64,000 nt of DNA from an uncultured archaeon. GTDB taxonomy: Archaea > Asgardarchaeota > Thorarchaeia > Thorarchaeales > Thorarchaeaceae. The position numbers and the translations under genes were made by a program. Shown piece by piece: positions 10,269 to 19,545 of the stretch. Position 1 is the stretch's first letter. Each line of letters starts with the position of its first letter. Location of the stretch: assembly GCA_964558645.1 (NCBI GenBank), contig CAZLEV010000002.1:288001-352000 (forward strand), written 5' to 3'. The notes beneath the pieces are model-generated. The model saw nothing but the letters and a program-made list of their open reading frames with translations, was not told where the DNA came from and did no database searches.

Positions 10269-10349
10269 CGGGTACTTCGATTTCAGCGTCCTCTTCCACA
10301 CGAGTTCCCAATGCCATAACAGTGGGCTCGCTTCGACAGCAAGAAGGGG

Positions 10350-10380
10350 GTTAGATGGCCCGGAATCGTCACGCCTAAGG
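10350..10380 (+). repeat. Strongly decayed rps19 3'-end remnant
   Basis: gttaga-tgg-cccggaatcg (V R..P G I) shares gcccggaatcg with the 23358 copy and sits just past the stop of the convergent gene, as in the other scars. Confidence 0.5.
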
Positions 10381-10407
10381 AGGACCATCTCTCAACGAGA
10401 CCATCTG

Positions 10408-11061
10408 TCAATTGCCCTTCTTCCTTCTCTTCTCACTGCGAGCTCGGTCAGCCGCCTCAATCTCCTCCCACTCCTTCATCTTCTCACGAACGCGTTGGGA
10501 TTGTCGTTCCATTGCGGCCTTGAACTCGGGTGTCTTTGATGCCTCATCCACGATTTCGTAGTACGCGATAGTTTCACCATCAGTGAATTCGTAGGAAGTC
10601 GTGACTACATCATATATATGGATGTGCTCTGTGCCCTCCGTGAAACCCTTCTCTTCTAACAGCTCCACTGCTTTATCCACTCTCATCCTCCCGAGATCTT
10701 CGGGGCCCGTGTTGCTGCGCAGGATTCTTATCAATGCCTTCTCCCGCTCCTTGAGGTTCTGGTAGTGTTCTGATCCCTCATCAGAGAGAATCTTAAGATG
10801 CCACACCGGCCTTCCGGGGTCAATATCAAACTTCGTCGCGTCTTCCGGAGAAACATGGTCCAGGGTCTTGTCAATGATCCAATCGTCCAGCAGTTTGATG
10901 ATCACTCTGCGAATGTCATCCTCTGTACAGTCCATGCCCTCATCCTCCGAGGACCCGAGTAGCAGGGCCACAGCCTTGTCCAAGGGAATTCCGTATTCCT
11001 CAGGATGAGATTCAATGAGGGCCATGAGGTTTTCCTTCACAATTAGAATATCACAGTTCAT
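10408..11061 (-). CDS. Probable tandem winged-helix protein with a charged C-terminal helix (element gene 3)
   Basis: Internal repeat (IPLDKAVALL / MRVDKAVELL); its C-terminus KTPEFKAAMERQSQRVREKMKEWEEIEAADRARSEKRRKK recurs as remnants; ATGA overlap with the upstream gene. Confidence 0.7.
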   Translation of the reverse strand: MNCDILIVKENLMALIESHPEEYGIPLDKAVALLLGSSEDEGMDCTEDDIRRVIIKLLDDWIIDKTLDHVSPEDATKFDIDPGRPVWHLKILSDEGSEHYQNLKEREKALIRILRSNTGPEDLGRMRVDKAVELLEEKGFTEGTEHIHIYDVVTTSYEFTDGETIAYYEIVDEASKTPEFKAAMERQSQRVREKMKEWEEIEAADRARSEKRRKKGN

Positions 11062-14000
11062 GATTCCTCACCCACAAGTTCGTCATAATAGCATGGGTAC
11101 CCTGTGCTTTTTAGCTCCTCTGCTATAGGTTTGCCTAGATCTGGTCTGCTTCTAACCCACTTCTTCACCTTCTCCAACTTCGTCACATCATTAGGGGGAC
11201 ACATGAGTACAAATCGCATAAGTTCCGTGATTCGAGAGGTACTGTACATCCATTCACTTGACACTCGGCCAGAGCCCTCATAGAATGTGATTTTTACCAG
11301 ATAGGGCTTCACTGCAACACCTATTGAGGCAAGTGCATCTATCTCATCCTGAAACAACTGCGGCTTATTCGTTTCAACTATCTCACGGAACTCGTTGCAT
11401 GTTGCAGACGTTTCAGCAACTTCCTTTAACTTTCCGCCCGTCATTTCCCACCTAGGCCCAAACCGCTCATCATCTTCTCGCGTGCCATTTTCTTTGATTA
11501 CTCCAATATGCTCGTCTTTGATACAGGATTCAAAATCGTACTCCTGTTTTGAGGGATCTGCAAGGGTAGTGGCACGAGTAACAGAAAACTTGGGTCTCTT
11601 TCCCAATTCATCTAGAGAAAATGAGCCATCTTCACAGAAGGTTTCCCTGAAGTAGCATGATTTGATCTTAACAGATCCATATCGGATGAACCTCGGAAGA
11701 CGAGTCGCCTGCATTCCCTTGTCACCAGGCGGAAATCCTCGTGAAACCAACAACCGCCCCAGCACACTGGTGAATCGTACCTGTCGCACGCCATTCTCCC
11801 TGATCGCGACATGGTAGTAGACATCGCCCAAGGGGCGGACACTCGCGATAACGATGTCCACGCGGTCAGGGTCGCACTCGGTATAGACGAAACCATTCTG
11901 TTTGAGTTCAACATGTCCATCCGACAGTCCAGTCCCGAACAACTTCGCGAAAAGAAGGTCCACAGCATATGGGTCCTTTGGGAACCGCGGATTCTCGATA
12001 CCACCGTGCTTGTGCCGACCGATCCGCCTGAGGCGCGACTCGACGGTGTCAGGACCAACGCCCAGCGTATCGAGGATGAGGGCAAGGGTGGCCCCCTTGA
12101 GATACGGGGCACGGGAATTGAGGTCAGCGTTCTGTGAAGACTTGAACACTGTTCGATTATAGTCAGTGATTTGCCCAATGAGCTTGCTGAAGTACCTGTC
12201 ACCTACCAGTCCAAGACGGTCGCGGGCAAGAGTAATGAGCGTCCGCTTATCCGAGCGCCTTCGGAACCTGAATATCTCCTCACGATACAGATGCATCCAG
12301 TTCTGCTCACGGGTGTCGTGCATGCGAAAATACAGGCGGTCGTTCACCACACCCAGCCTGAGCTGGCGCTCCGGGTCATCAGCAAGCCTAAGGCGAACAT
12401 TGAGCTCCTGCTCGATGGCCTCCCGCTCCCGCAGGGTGGCCTTGGCGATGCGCCGCAGCCAATTTGGCCCACCATAGCTGATATTCCGCATGTCAGCCCA
12501 CAACACTCGCCGTGGATGCTCCGCTGAGAGATAGACCTCCGCGATTGCCCGTGAGAGTTCATCCACCGTGGGTTTCTTGACTTCCCTGAGATGGCGTAGA
12601 TGCGCATAGACCACCTCAGGCGGTATGCGATGCTCGAAGGCCTCGGGGCTCAGGTTGCCCTCGTATTCGGCCCGTGAACTCTCCGCAGACCCGAGCATCT
12701 TGAAGATCCTTGGGGTCTTCTTCTCTGGAACCCAATACCGTACTCTTGCCGCCGTGGTTTTGAGGATCTTGGCGATCTCAACATAGGTCAGTTTCTCAAT
12801 GTCGCGACGGCTCTCCATCTCCTTGAGCCCGATGTATGCAAGGGCCGACCTGTTCAGGGTCTTGAAGTTGCGCTGGTCGCGGTAGAAGTTGTGGCGTCCC
12901 AGCATGACCTCGTACTCCAGACGGCAGGACGGAATCCATGATGAGTCCTCCCTCCGCTCGATGTCCGAAAAGCCATCCTGCTTAATGCCCACCCCGATGA
13001 GGGACGGTGGTGCACCCCTGAGCCAGTCGATAACCCGCTCCGAGGAAACGCCGAGGCGGTCAGCGAGCCTTTCCACCGACACTCTACGATAACGCTCCTC
13101 CCCGTCCACCATGACAAAGGGGATCTCGTGGTTGTGGGCGGCACGCATGACCTCGCCCCAGGCCTGAAACTCCGCGCACCAGAAGTCCACCGTGAAGCTC
13201 TGGGATATCTCCTGGTCGTCCTTTACCATGGTGATGATTCGCTCCATGCTACCCTCGTCCTCATGGAGAGTGCCGTATCGAAGCATCCGTGACCAGCGTC
13301 GCTCAATCTCTAGACTCCAGAGATTCCGGATGAGCTCGGGGGCGTTGTCATCATCAGCCAGTTCCTCGATGCGCTTGCGGTCGATACCCAGCTGTCGGGC
13401 CAGTTCGTCAAGATCGGGCTCGTTATCCGCCTCCTCGAGGGCCTTCTTGACACGGACATAGTCCTCCGCGTCCTTGAGTCGCTCCTCCAGCTCCTCCTCG
13501 TCCAGTGACTCCCTGTAAGCTGTGACATACCTTTTCAGGCTCTGGTTGCTCTTCAGGGACTCCTTGGCCTCCTCCCTGAGGCGCTCCTTCTCCTCCTCGG
13601 GGAGCTTCTCGAACTCCTCTTTCAGCAGGCGCCTCAGGCGTTCCTCGCGGGTCTCAGGGAACATTGAAGGGCGCAGAGGGCCACCATCAGGAAAGATACT
13701 GGAAAGCGTCGTATGAAGTCTCCCCCGTTCATCGGGAGTCTCTTCCTCTTGCACTGACTCCTCTCTCTCCCGGACATCCTCAGTGGGGGATCCGGTGTTC
13801 TCTTCCGAGATATCTTCAGAGGCGTTTGTGTCAGGCTCAACGTCAGATTCCTCTGACTGCTCAACATCCACCCTCGAGGGGCTCTCGGACTCGACCTCCT
13901 CAGAGAGCTCCACGTCCTCCGTGGTGTCTGATTCTTCCGTTTCAGACTCATCTTCTCCCTCCTCGTCGGTGGTCTCAACATCGGGCGGCTCTATCTCTTC

Positions 14001-14786
14001 GTCAGTCTCCTCCTTGACCCTCACATCCTCAGAGACATCGGGTTCACCGCTGTCCCCCATGGCCTCATGCCCGTGTTCGTCAAGAACCTCCTGGCTCGTG
14101 TCCGCAGCTGCGGTCTTGTCAACCTCTGACTCCTCAGCCGCCACCTCAGCGTCAGCGTTCTCCTCTGGTTCCTCCTCAGTCTCGATCTCTACGGTGACCG
14201 TGACCTGTTGATCCCCCGCGTTCTCCTCCACGCGGACCTCCCCTGATTCTGAGGAGGACATATCCGAAGAAGCAGACTCCTCCTCGGGTTCTTCCTCGAC
14301 CTGTTCTTTGTCTTCTTCTAACTCAAATTTTTCCCTCAGCTCAGACTGGTACTCCTCAGAGAGCCTCTCCGAAGCCTGTCGTATCTCGGCAGAGGTCTCC
14401 TCACTGGAGAGTCCGTCGCCAGTCCCGGGATTGTCCTTCTCTGGATTCCGCCTCTCCTCATGCTCCGCCTCGTTCTGGCGCCTGACCTCGTCCACCATCT
14501 CCCTGATACTCTGGTCAAACTCAGCACGCTCGCGCCGAGTCCGCTCTCTCGCCTCCTCCACTGTCTCGCGTATCTTGCGGTCGAACTCGGACTCCTCACT
14601 CGCCTTGGGAGGTTCATCTCCCTCAGTCCTCGCCTCTGTCCCCCCATCTGCATTTCGTTCGGCTGCCGTTCTTCTCCGGGCCTCGTCTACCAGCTCACGC
14701 ACACGACGCTCGAACTCCTCATCGTTCTCTATACCCTCTCTACTCTTTCGTGACCTCTTCTCCTCCCCGCCCTCACCGGCCATCAC
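11058..14786 (-). CDS. Large protein: acidic low-complexity N-terminus, three HTH motifs, double LAGLIDADG-type endonuclease (element gene 2)
   Basis: HTH-like LDELARQLGIDRKRI, VERLADRLGVSSERVIDW and YVEIAKILKTTAARVRYW; LAGLIDADG-like FAKLFGTGLSDGHV and YFRETFCEDGSF about 100 aa apart, separated by a GFPPGDK...LP.FI linker. Confidence 0.75.
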   Translation of the reverse strand: MMAGEGGEEKRSRKSREGIENDEEFERRVRELVDEARRRTAAERNADGGTEARTEGDEPPKASEESEFDRKIRETVEEARERTRRERAEFDQSIREMVDEVRRQNEAEHEERRNPEKDNPGTGDGLSSEETSAEIRQASERLSEEYQSELREKFELEEDKEQVEEEPEEESASSDMSSSESGEVRVEENAGDQQVTVTVEIETEEEPEENADAEVAAEESEVDKTAAADTSQEVLDEHGHEAMGDSGEPDVSEDVRVKEETDEEIEPPDVETTDEEGEDESETEESDTTEDVELSEEVESESPSRVDVEQSEESDVEPDTNASEDISEENTGSPTEDVREREESVQEEETPDERGRLHTTLSSIFPDGGPLRPSMFPETREERLRRLLKEEFEKLPEEEKERLREEAKESLKSNQSLKRYVTAYRESLDEEELEERLKDAEDYVRVKKALEEADNEPDLDELARQLGIDRKRIEELADDDNAPELIRNLWSLEIERRWSRMLRYGTLHEDEGSMERIITMVKDDQEISQSFTVDFWCAEFQAWGEVMRAAHNHEIPFVMVDGEERYRRVSVERLADRLGVSSERVIDWLRGAPPSLIGVGIKQDGFSDIERREDSSWIPSCRLEYEVMLGRHNFYRDQRNFKTLNRSALAYIGLKEMESRRDIEKLTYVEIAKILKTTAARVRYWVPEKKTPRIFKMLGSAESSRAEYEGNLSPEAFEHRIPPEVVYAHLRHLREVKKPTVDELSRAIAEVYLSAEHPRRVLWADMRNISYGGPNWLRRIAKATLREREAIEQELNVRLRLADDPERQLRLGVVNDRLYFRMHDTREQNWMHLYREEIFRFRRRSDKRTLITLARDRLGLVGDRYFSKLIGQITDYNRTVFKSSQNADLNSRAPYLKGATLALILDTLGVGPDTVESRLRRIGRHKHGGIENPRFPKDPYAVDLLFAKLFGTGLSDGHVELKQNGFVYTECDPDRVDIVIASVRPLGDVYYHVAIRENGVRQVRFTSVLGRLLVSRGFPPGDKGMQATRLPRFIRYGSVKIKSCYFRETFCEDGSFSLDELGKRPKFSVTRATTLADPSKQEYDFESCIKDEHIGVIKENGTREDDERFGPRWEMTGGKLKEVAETSATCNEFREIVETNKPQLFQDEIDALASIGVAVKPYLVKITFYEGSGRVSSEWMYSTSRITELMRFVLMCPPNDVTKLEKVKKWVRSRPDLGKPIAEELKSTGYPCYYDELVGEES

Positions 14787-17700
14787 ACGTCGGCTCCATC
14801 AATGATGGCTGTGACCTGCTCGAGCACTCCTGCGTTCTCATGGTCCATGTGCTCGTCTGCCACCAGCCCCAGCAACACCTGTACAGCGGCTCTGCTACCG
14901 TCACCATGTCGTTCCGCGGCACTGAGGATCAGGTTCGCAATGCCTCTGCCGTCCCCTCGCTCCAGACACTCCCGGCAGTACTGAGCGAAGGTCTCGTTCG
15001 TCACTATCCGCTGCAACTCGCCACTGCCTCCAGCCACCTCAGGCTCCACGGTCTCCTCCCGTGGCTGCCGCTTCGGAGGATGCTTCAACCGGTCGATAAG
15101 TCCCTCAGGGAGGGCCTCCGAGGACTGGAACTCCGGGTGTTTCTGGATGATTTTCTGCATGTGTGACCGAAGAGTCTCAGGGGCAACTCTGTCCTGAACC
15201 CGAGTGGAAGGAACCATCTTCTCCAGAGGAAGGATACGGACGTTCTTCGGCTCACCCTCGTCCTGCAGATACACCACGGCCTCGCCTACTTCCATTCCCC
15301 CGATGTGCTCTATCTGTGCGTTGGTACATCGTGCATGACGACCCACCAGCTCGCGGTCCTCCTGGTGGGGAAGAGCGTGAATAACGAGGTTCACGATGAT
15401 CTTGAGGGCCTGTTCCACGAGCTCCGTGGGTGACTGGTCCAGAATAATCACGCCCAGGCCCGTTCCGCCCAGTACCCGCAGCATCTGGATGAAGGACCGA
15501 ACTGCCAGCGCGTGCGCATCTTCTCCCATACCCATCTTCCCAAGGAGATAGTGAGCCTCCTCCAACACCAGCAGGTTCGTGACCTGGTGCTCCGGATGTG
15601 CCAGTTTGTACTCTATGACCCCGGCAGTGAGCAGGCCCATGAGCAGGATTCGGTCACTGTCTGACAGCTCGGTCATGTCCACGATGGTCGGCTGGGACAG
15701 GAGGTCTTTGATGGTCACGCCAGTGGGGGTGTTATACATGTGGACCAACGAAGGCTTGCGGAGGATGCTCCTGACCCTGGTGGCTAGGATGCCGTGGAAG
15801 TTCTGGACCACCCGGTCCTCATATGTCAGGGACCGGCAGACATGCTCCACCGCATCAACAATGTCTGGCAGCAGGATTGGTCTACCTCCCTCACCGGTCT
15901 CACGGTCGTATCCGCAGATGTCGTAGACCGTGTGGATCAGGTCATCGATGTGTACGGCTATGACCTTGTCACTGGGCAACCACAGAGTCCAGACCTGCAC
16001 CAGCCGGTCGATCCACTTGTTCAGGCTGACACCCTCTGGAGGCCTCCACATGTTGAACGCCAGGTTCGCTATGTCATCTCTCCCACAGGTGAACACTCGG
16101 ACTTTCGAACGGATCTTGGTCAGGGGCCACCAGTCCTGACCCTTGGTGAGGGCAAGGATGAGGGGGTTGACGCCCTTGACCATGGACTGAGCACAGATAC
16201 TCAGCGCCGTGGTGGTCTTGCCTGACCGGGTAGCACCGAAGATTCCGAAGTGCATGTCGAAGTGTTCCAGCCTGGAGACCACCAGCTTCTTCTCAAGGAC
16301 GCGCCCGGCCTGGTCGATGGGGCTCCCGAAGAAGACCCATGGCAGGCGAGATGATGATGAGACCGTAGTCTTCTCTGTACGTCGCTGGGACTGTGGGTCT
16401 CGGCCTGGTTGCTCCTGACGAGTTCCCGAGGAGAACCGCTCCCGACTGGTGACCGGGATCTCCAGGTCCCTTCTTGGGATCGAAACGTATCCGGCAGCCT
16501 CATCTATGGTCAGGACGGACGACTTCTTGGCGGGGAACCCGAGCAGAGACCGCTTGACAGTGCGGTCCTTGGTGGTGTAATGAACATCGAACTCCTCGTG
16601 TTCGTCAGCCGGCCTGAGAGAGCCTATCAGGGCTCCAGCAAGGCGTTGCACTGCACGGTCTGCCTGCGCCACGTCACGATGCCACGCGGCCACAGTGACA
16701 CTCACCTTGCAGAGGCGCTCATTTGACAGCCGCCGGATACGACGCTCCAGTCGCTCGGCACGGAGCCGGGCCTCAGGGTCAACTATCGTCCTCGACTCCT
16801 GCTGGACTCCACTGAACAGTGTGCTCTTCTTTCTGGAGATAGTCTTCTCAGAGCGCTCCATCTCGTGCTGGTACTGGGATTCAAGGGACCGCAACTCCCT
16901 CTTCTTGCTGCTGAAGGGCTCAAGGGACACATGGTAGATACCGTTGGTCATGCCCTGGAGGACGCCGGCAAGGGCCTCCAGCGTGTCATGTCCCTTCCCC
17001 TCTGCATCCACGACCTTTGGCACACCGGTGATGGTGGCAGCAGCCGCCCGGTCTGTGGCGGGGGGTATGATGCCTGAGAACGAGGTGCATGCCTGGAACC
17101 TGAAGCCAACAAGGTTGTGCTGCAGGGCATCCATGAGGAGGGTGTGCTGGTGATCGAGCTGCGCCTCGTCCCTCGCCCATGTCAGAAAGAGGACCCTCGT
17201 CTTGGAGTGCAGCCGCTCGATACGAAGAGCAAACGGAACAGCATTCAGGGCGCGGATGACGCGGTGGAGCTGCACGGCGATGTGCTCGGAACTCCTGGTG
17301 GTGTCTCCGGGGAAGGCGTGACCATGAGGGACCTCGGTGAGTTCCACAGCCGCGATGCGTTCCTGTGACCTCCGCCACAGGTGGGTCAGGGATGAGCTGA
17401 CGGTACTGCGGACCGACCTAGTTGACGACTGGATTTGACCAGGCCTCCTGTCTGTGTCTTCTCTTCCGTCCAGGTACCACGGTACCAGTATCACGACGAA
17501 GAAGAGGACGGCCACCACGACCTCTAAGGCGCTGCCAATAAGGGGGATGCGTATCTGGGAGAGGATGACAATGATTGTGGCAACGATGCAGCCGGGTACG
17601 GTTGCGAACCCGACGATGAGAGAATAGAACCAGTAACGGATGTTCTTTGCGACCAAGAGAATGCCGGCCCCGACAAAGAACACGAGTCCGGAGAAGACGA

Positions 17701-17845
17701 GGCTGGGCCCGATGAAATAACGGGGGACGAAGGTCATGGAGATGAGGGCTGTGAATACCGCCGTGCAGGGGCCAATGGTCAGGAGCAGGAGCGCTATGAT
17801 CTTGAGAAACAGATTGACGGGTGAACCGGATGACTTATCGGCCAT
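14783..17845 (-). CDS. Membrane-anchored HerA/VirB4/FtsK-superfamily ATPase (element gene 1)
   Basis: Four N-terminal TM helices; Walker A GATRSGKT, Walker B LLVLEEAH, and LR...G.G.GVIILDQSP. Confidence 0.85.
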   Translation of the reverse strand: MADKSSGSPVNLFLKIIALLLLTIGPCTAVFTALISMTFVPRYFIGPSLVFSGLVFFVGAGILLVAKNIRYWFYSLIVGFATVPGCIVATIIVILSQIRIPLIGSALEVVVAVLFFVVILVPWYLDGREDTDRRPGQIQSSTRSVRSTVSSSLTHLWRRSQERIAAVELTEVPHGHAFPGDTTRSSEHIAVQLHRVIRALNAVPFALRIERLHSKTRVLFLTWARDEAQLDHQHTLLMDALQHNLVGFRFQACTSFSGIIPPATDRAAAATITGVPKVVDAEGKGHDTLEALAGVLQGMTNGIYHVSLEPFSSKKRELRSLESQYQHEMERSEKTISRKKSTLFSGVQQESRTIVDPEARLRAERLERRIRRLSNERLCKVSVTVAAWHRDVAQADRAVQRLAGALIGSLRPADEHEEFDVHYTTKDRTVKRSLLGFPAKKSSVLTIDEAAGYVSIPRRDLEIPVTSRERFSSGTRQEQPGRDPQSQRRTEKTTVSSSSRLPWVFFGSPIDQAGRVLEKKLVVSRLEHFDMHFGIFGATRSGKTTTALSICAQSMVKGVNPLILALTKGQDWWPLTKIRSKVRVFTCGRDDIANLAFNMWRPPEGVSLNKWIDRLVQVWTLWLPSDKVIAVHIDDLIHTVYDICGYDRETGEGGRPILLPDIVDAVEHVCRSLTYEDRVVQNFHGILATRVRSILRKPSLVHMYNTPTGVTIKDLLSQPTIVDMTELSDSDRILLMGLLTAGVIEYKLAHPEHQVTNLLVLEEAHYLLGKMGMGEDAHALAVRSFIQMLRVLGGTGLGVIILDQSPTELVEQALKIIVNLVIHALPHQEDRELVGRHARCTNAQIEHIGGMEVGEAVVYLQDEGEPKNVRILPLEKMVPSTRVQDRVAPETLRSHMQKIIQKHPEFQSSEALPEGLIDRLKHPPKRQPREETVEPEVAGGSGELQRIVTNETFAQYCRECLERGDGRGIANLILSAAERHGDGSRAAVQVLLGLVADEHMDHENAGVLEQVTAIIDGADV

Positions 17846-18091
17846 GGGGCAGTACTTCCTCCTTTCAGTGGTGAGATGTTGCGCCGGACCGCAACCTACC
17901 GAGTACAGTGATTGTCACCAAGTATCATAGGTGTTGTGTGATTGCTGTCTACAGCCTCATAGCCAAGATAGGGAGGCATCGGAAGTTATGAGAGTCTAGT
18001 GGTAACTAATACGTTGATACAGGCTTTTATGAAGCATATGAGTCATGGATAGCGGTCACTGATGTGGTCCATTGGACATTTGTATACAATG

Positions 18092-18133
18092 CCAGGGACG
18101 ACTAAGAGCCCTGACGCCGTTCCACTCAAGTAG
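18092..18133 (+). repeat. rps19 3'-end remnant
   Basis: Translates PGTTKSPDAVPLK*, compared with native PGIGATKSSAYVPLK*. Confidence 0.75.
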
Positions 18134-18141
18134 GAGGAATT

Positions 18142-18305
18142 CTATGCGAAATGGGTCATTATGCGCCATTTTTTTTTCTTCTTCGTGCTTACAAGACGAG
18201 CCCTATCTTCCGCCTCGAGCTCGGCATCCCGCGTCATTTTCTCCATCAATCGTTGGGACTGTCGCTCCATCTCAGCCTTCCACTCAGGGGTCTTTGAGAA
18301 CTCGT
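18142..18305 (-). pseudogene. 3' fragment of a homologue of the 10408-11061 gene
   Basis: EFSKTPEWKAEMERQSQRLMEKM...EAEDRARL..KKKKK aligns with the C-terminus of the intact gene. Confidence 0.85.
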
Positions 18306-18466
18306 TCACAATTCCACAACAGGGTAACATCTCATCATTGACAGTATTAGACGAGTTTCAATAACACCCTCGATATGGATGTGTTTCCGTTATATAGGAC
18401 GTGACTTTCCCATCGCTCAGAAAGAATAAATCGTAGTCTGTACATTGACTACACGGTGGTATTGGA

Positions 18467-19429
18467 ATGAAGAAGGGCTTCATTGTATTATATGCAATTC
18501 TCATTTTAGTAGTTTTCATGCAAGCGCAGGTAGATGCAACAGCCCAAGGGGACAGTGAGTTTGAAACGAAAGACTTCCTGCTTGATGATGGCACACTGAC
18601 TTATCGAGGCTGGATGCAGACCGAACAACCTAGCAGCTCCAATCCGTACGGAGTAGAAGGGTTGTTGAATGTGAGTATAACCGCGTACGCCAGTGTGAGA
18701 TCGCTCTCGGATGAAATTGTGAGGTTTGAGGTTTCGATGTACTTCAATGCACAAGAGTGCTATCAGAAGCGTCAGGGCACGGAGTACACGCCAGACAGCG
18801 ACGGAATACGATACTATGATAGTGAACTGGACTTCATTGGCACAGACGATATGCAGTATGAGTATGAGGGGAACGTGAACAAGAAGGACGGCAGGTACTC
18901 TCTCTTCCACGCGCCGCAGGGAGCATCATACTACTCGGTTGCTGCCTACTTCGACAGTGTCTTCGTCTATGAATGGATTGCAACGCTACCAGTGCCATTC
19001 CCGGAAGCAGGAGAACAGAACGGGTTCTTCGTCCATAATATCTCAGAATGGTCCATTGGAACAGATTACCATAAGGACTACACCGTATCCGGGGAGTCGA
19101 CCTATGGTTCCTATGAAACATGGGTCTTGGAGCCGAAGAGTAACCTAGCAGGCATGGATGTTTTTGAGGACAGGATAGAGTGGGAGAAAACCAGCGGCCT
19201 GTTTCTCCAACAAGACTCAAGATTCGTGGAAACCAATGAGTTCGATTTTGAGTACCATCTCAGAGCCACTGAGTATGAAGATATGATTCTGATACCAGCT
19301 CCAGCCGTTGTTGACCCCTTGATGACAGGTATTGGAGGATTTGCGGTGGTGGGAATCATTGCCATAGTTATTCTCTACAAAAGGCAGAAGGACAGCCATA
19401 GCCAAGTCGTGCTACCTCCCGGATTCTGA
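18467..19429 (+). CDS. Secreted protein with a C-terminal membrane anchor
   Basis: Signal peptide, acidic/aromatic ectodomain, TM helix followed by KRQK. Confidence 0.8.
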   Translation: MKKGFIVLYAILILVVFMQAQVDATAQGDSEFETKDFLLDDGTLTYRGWMQTEQPSSSNPYGVEGLLNVSITAYASVRSLSDEIVRFEVSMYFNAQECYQKRQGTEYTPDSDGIRYYDSELDFIGTDDMQYEYEGNVNKKDGRYSLFHAPQGASYYSVAAYFDSVFVYEWIATLPVPFPEAGEQNGFFVHNISEWSIGTDYHKDYTVSGESTYGSYETWVLEPKSNLAGMDVFEDRIEWEKTSGLFLQQDSRFVETNEFDFEYHLRATEYEDMILIPAPAVVDPLMTGIGGFAVVGIIAIVILYKRQKDSHSQVVLPPGF

Positions 19430-19545
19430 CCGCCTTATTCTGTATCGCGATGAAAACGAGGCGAATTCCTATATCAGAGAATTAGTTATATGCTAGTAGA
19501 AGGAAGGCAGGTTTGCTTGCGTCGCCATAGGATAGGGAGTTTCGT

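Noticed and set aside
11058-14786. Intein or group I intron hosting the LAGLIDADG domain
   Set aside because: No Hint motifs or terminal HN-C/S/T were seen, no host gene is interrupted, and the ORF is coupled within an operon.
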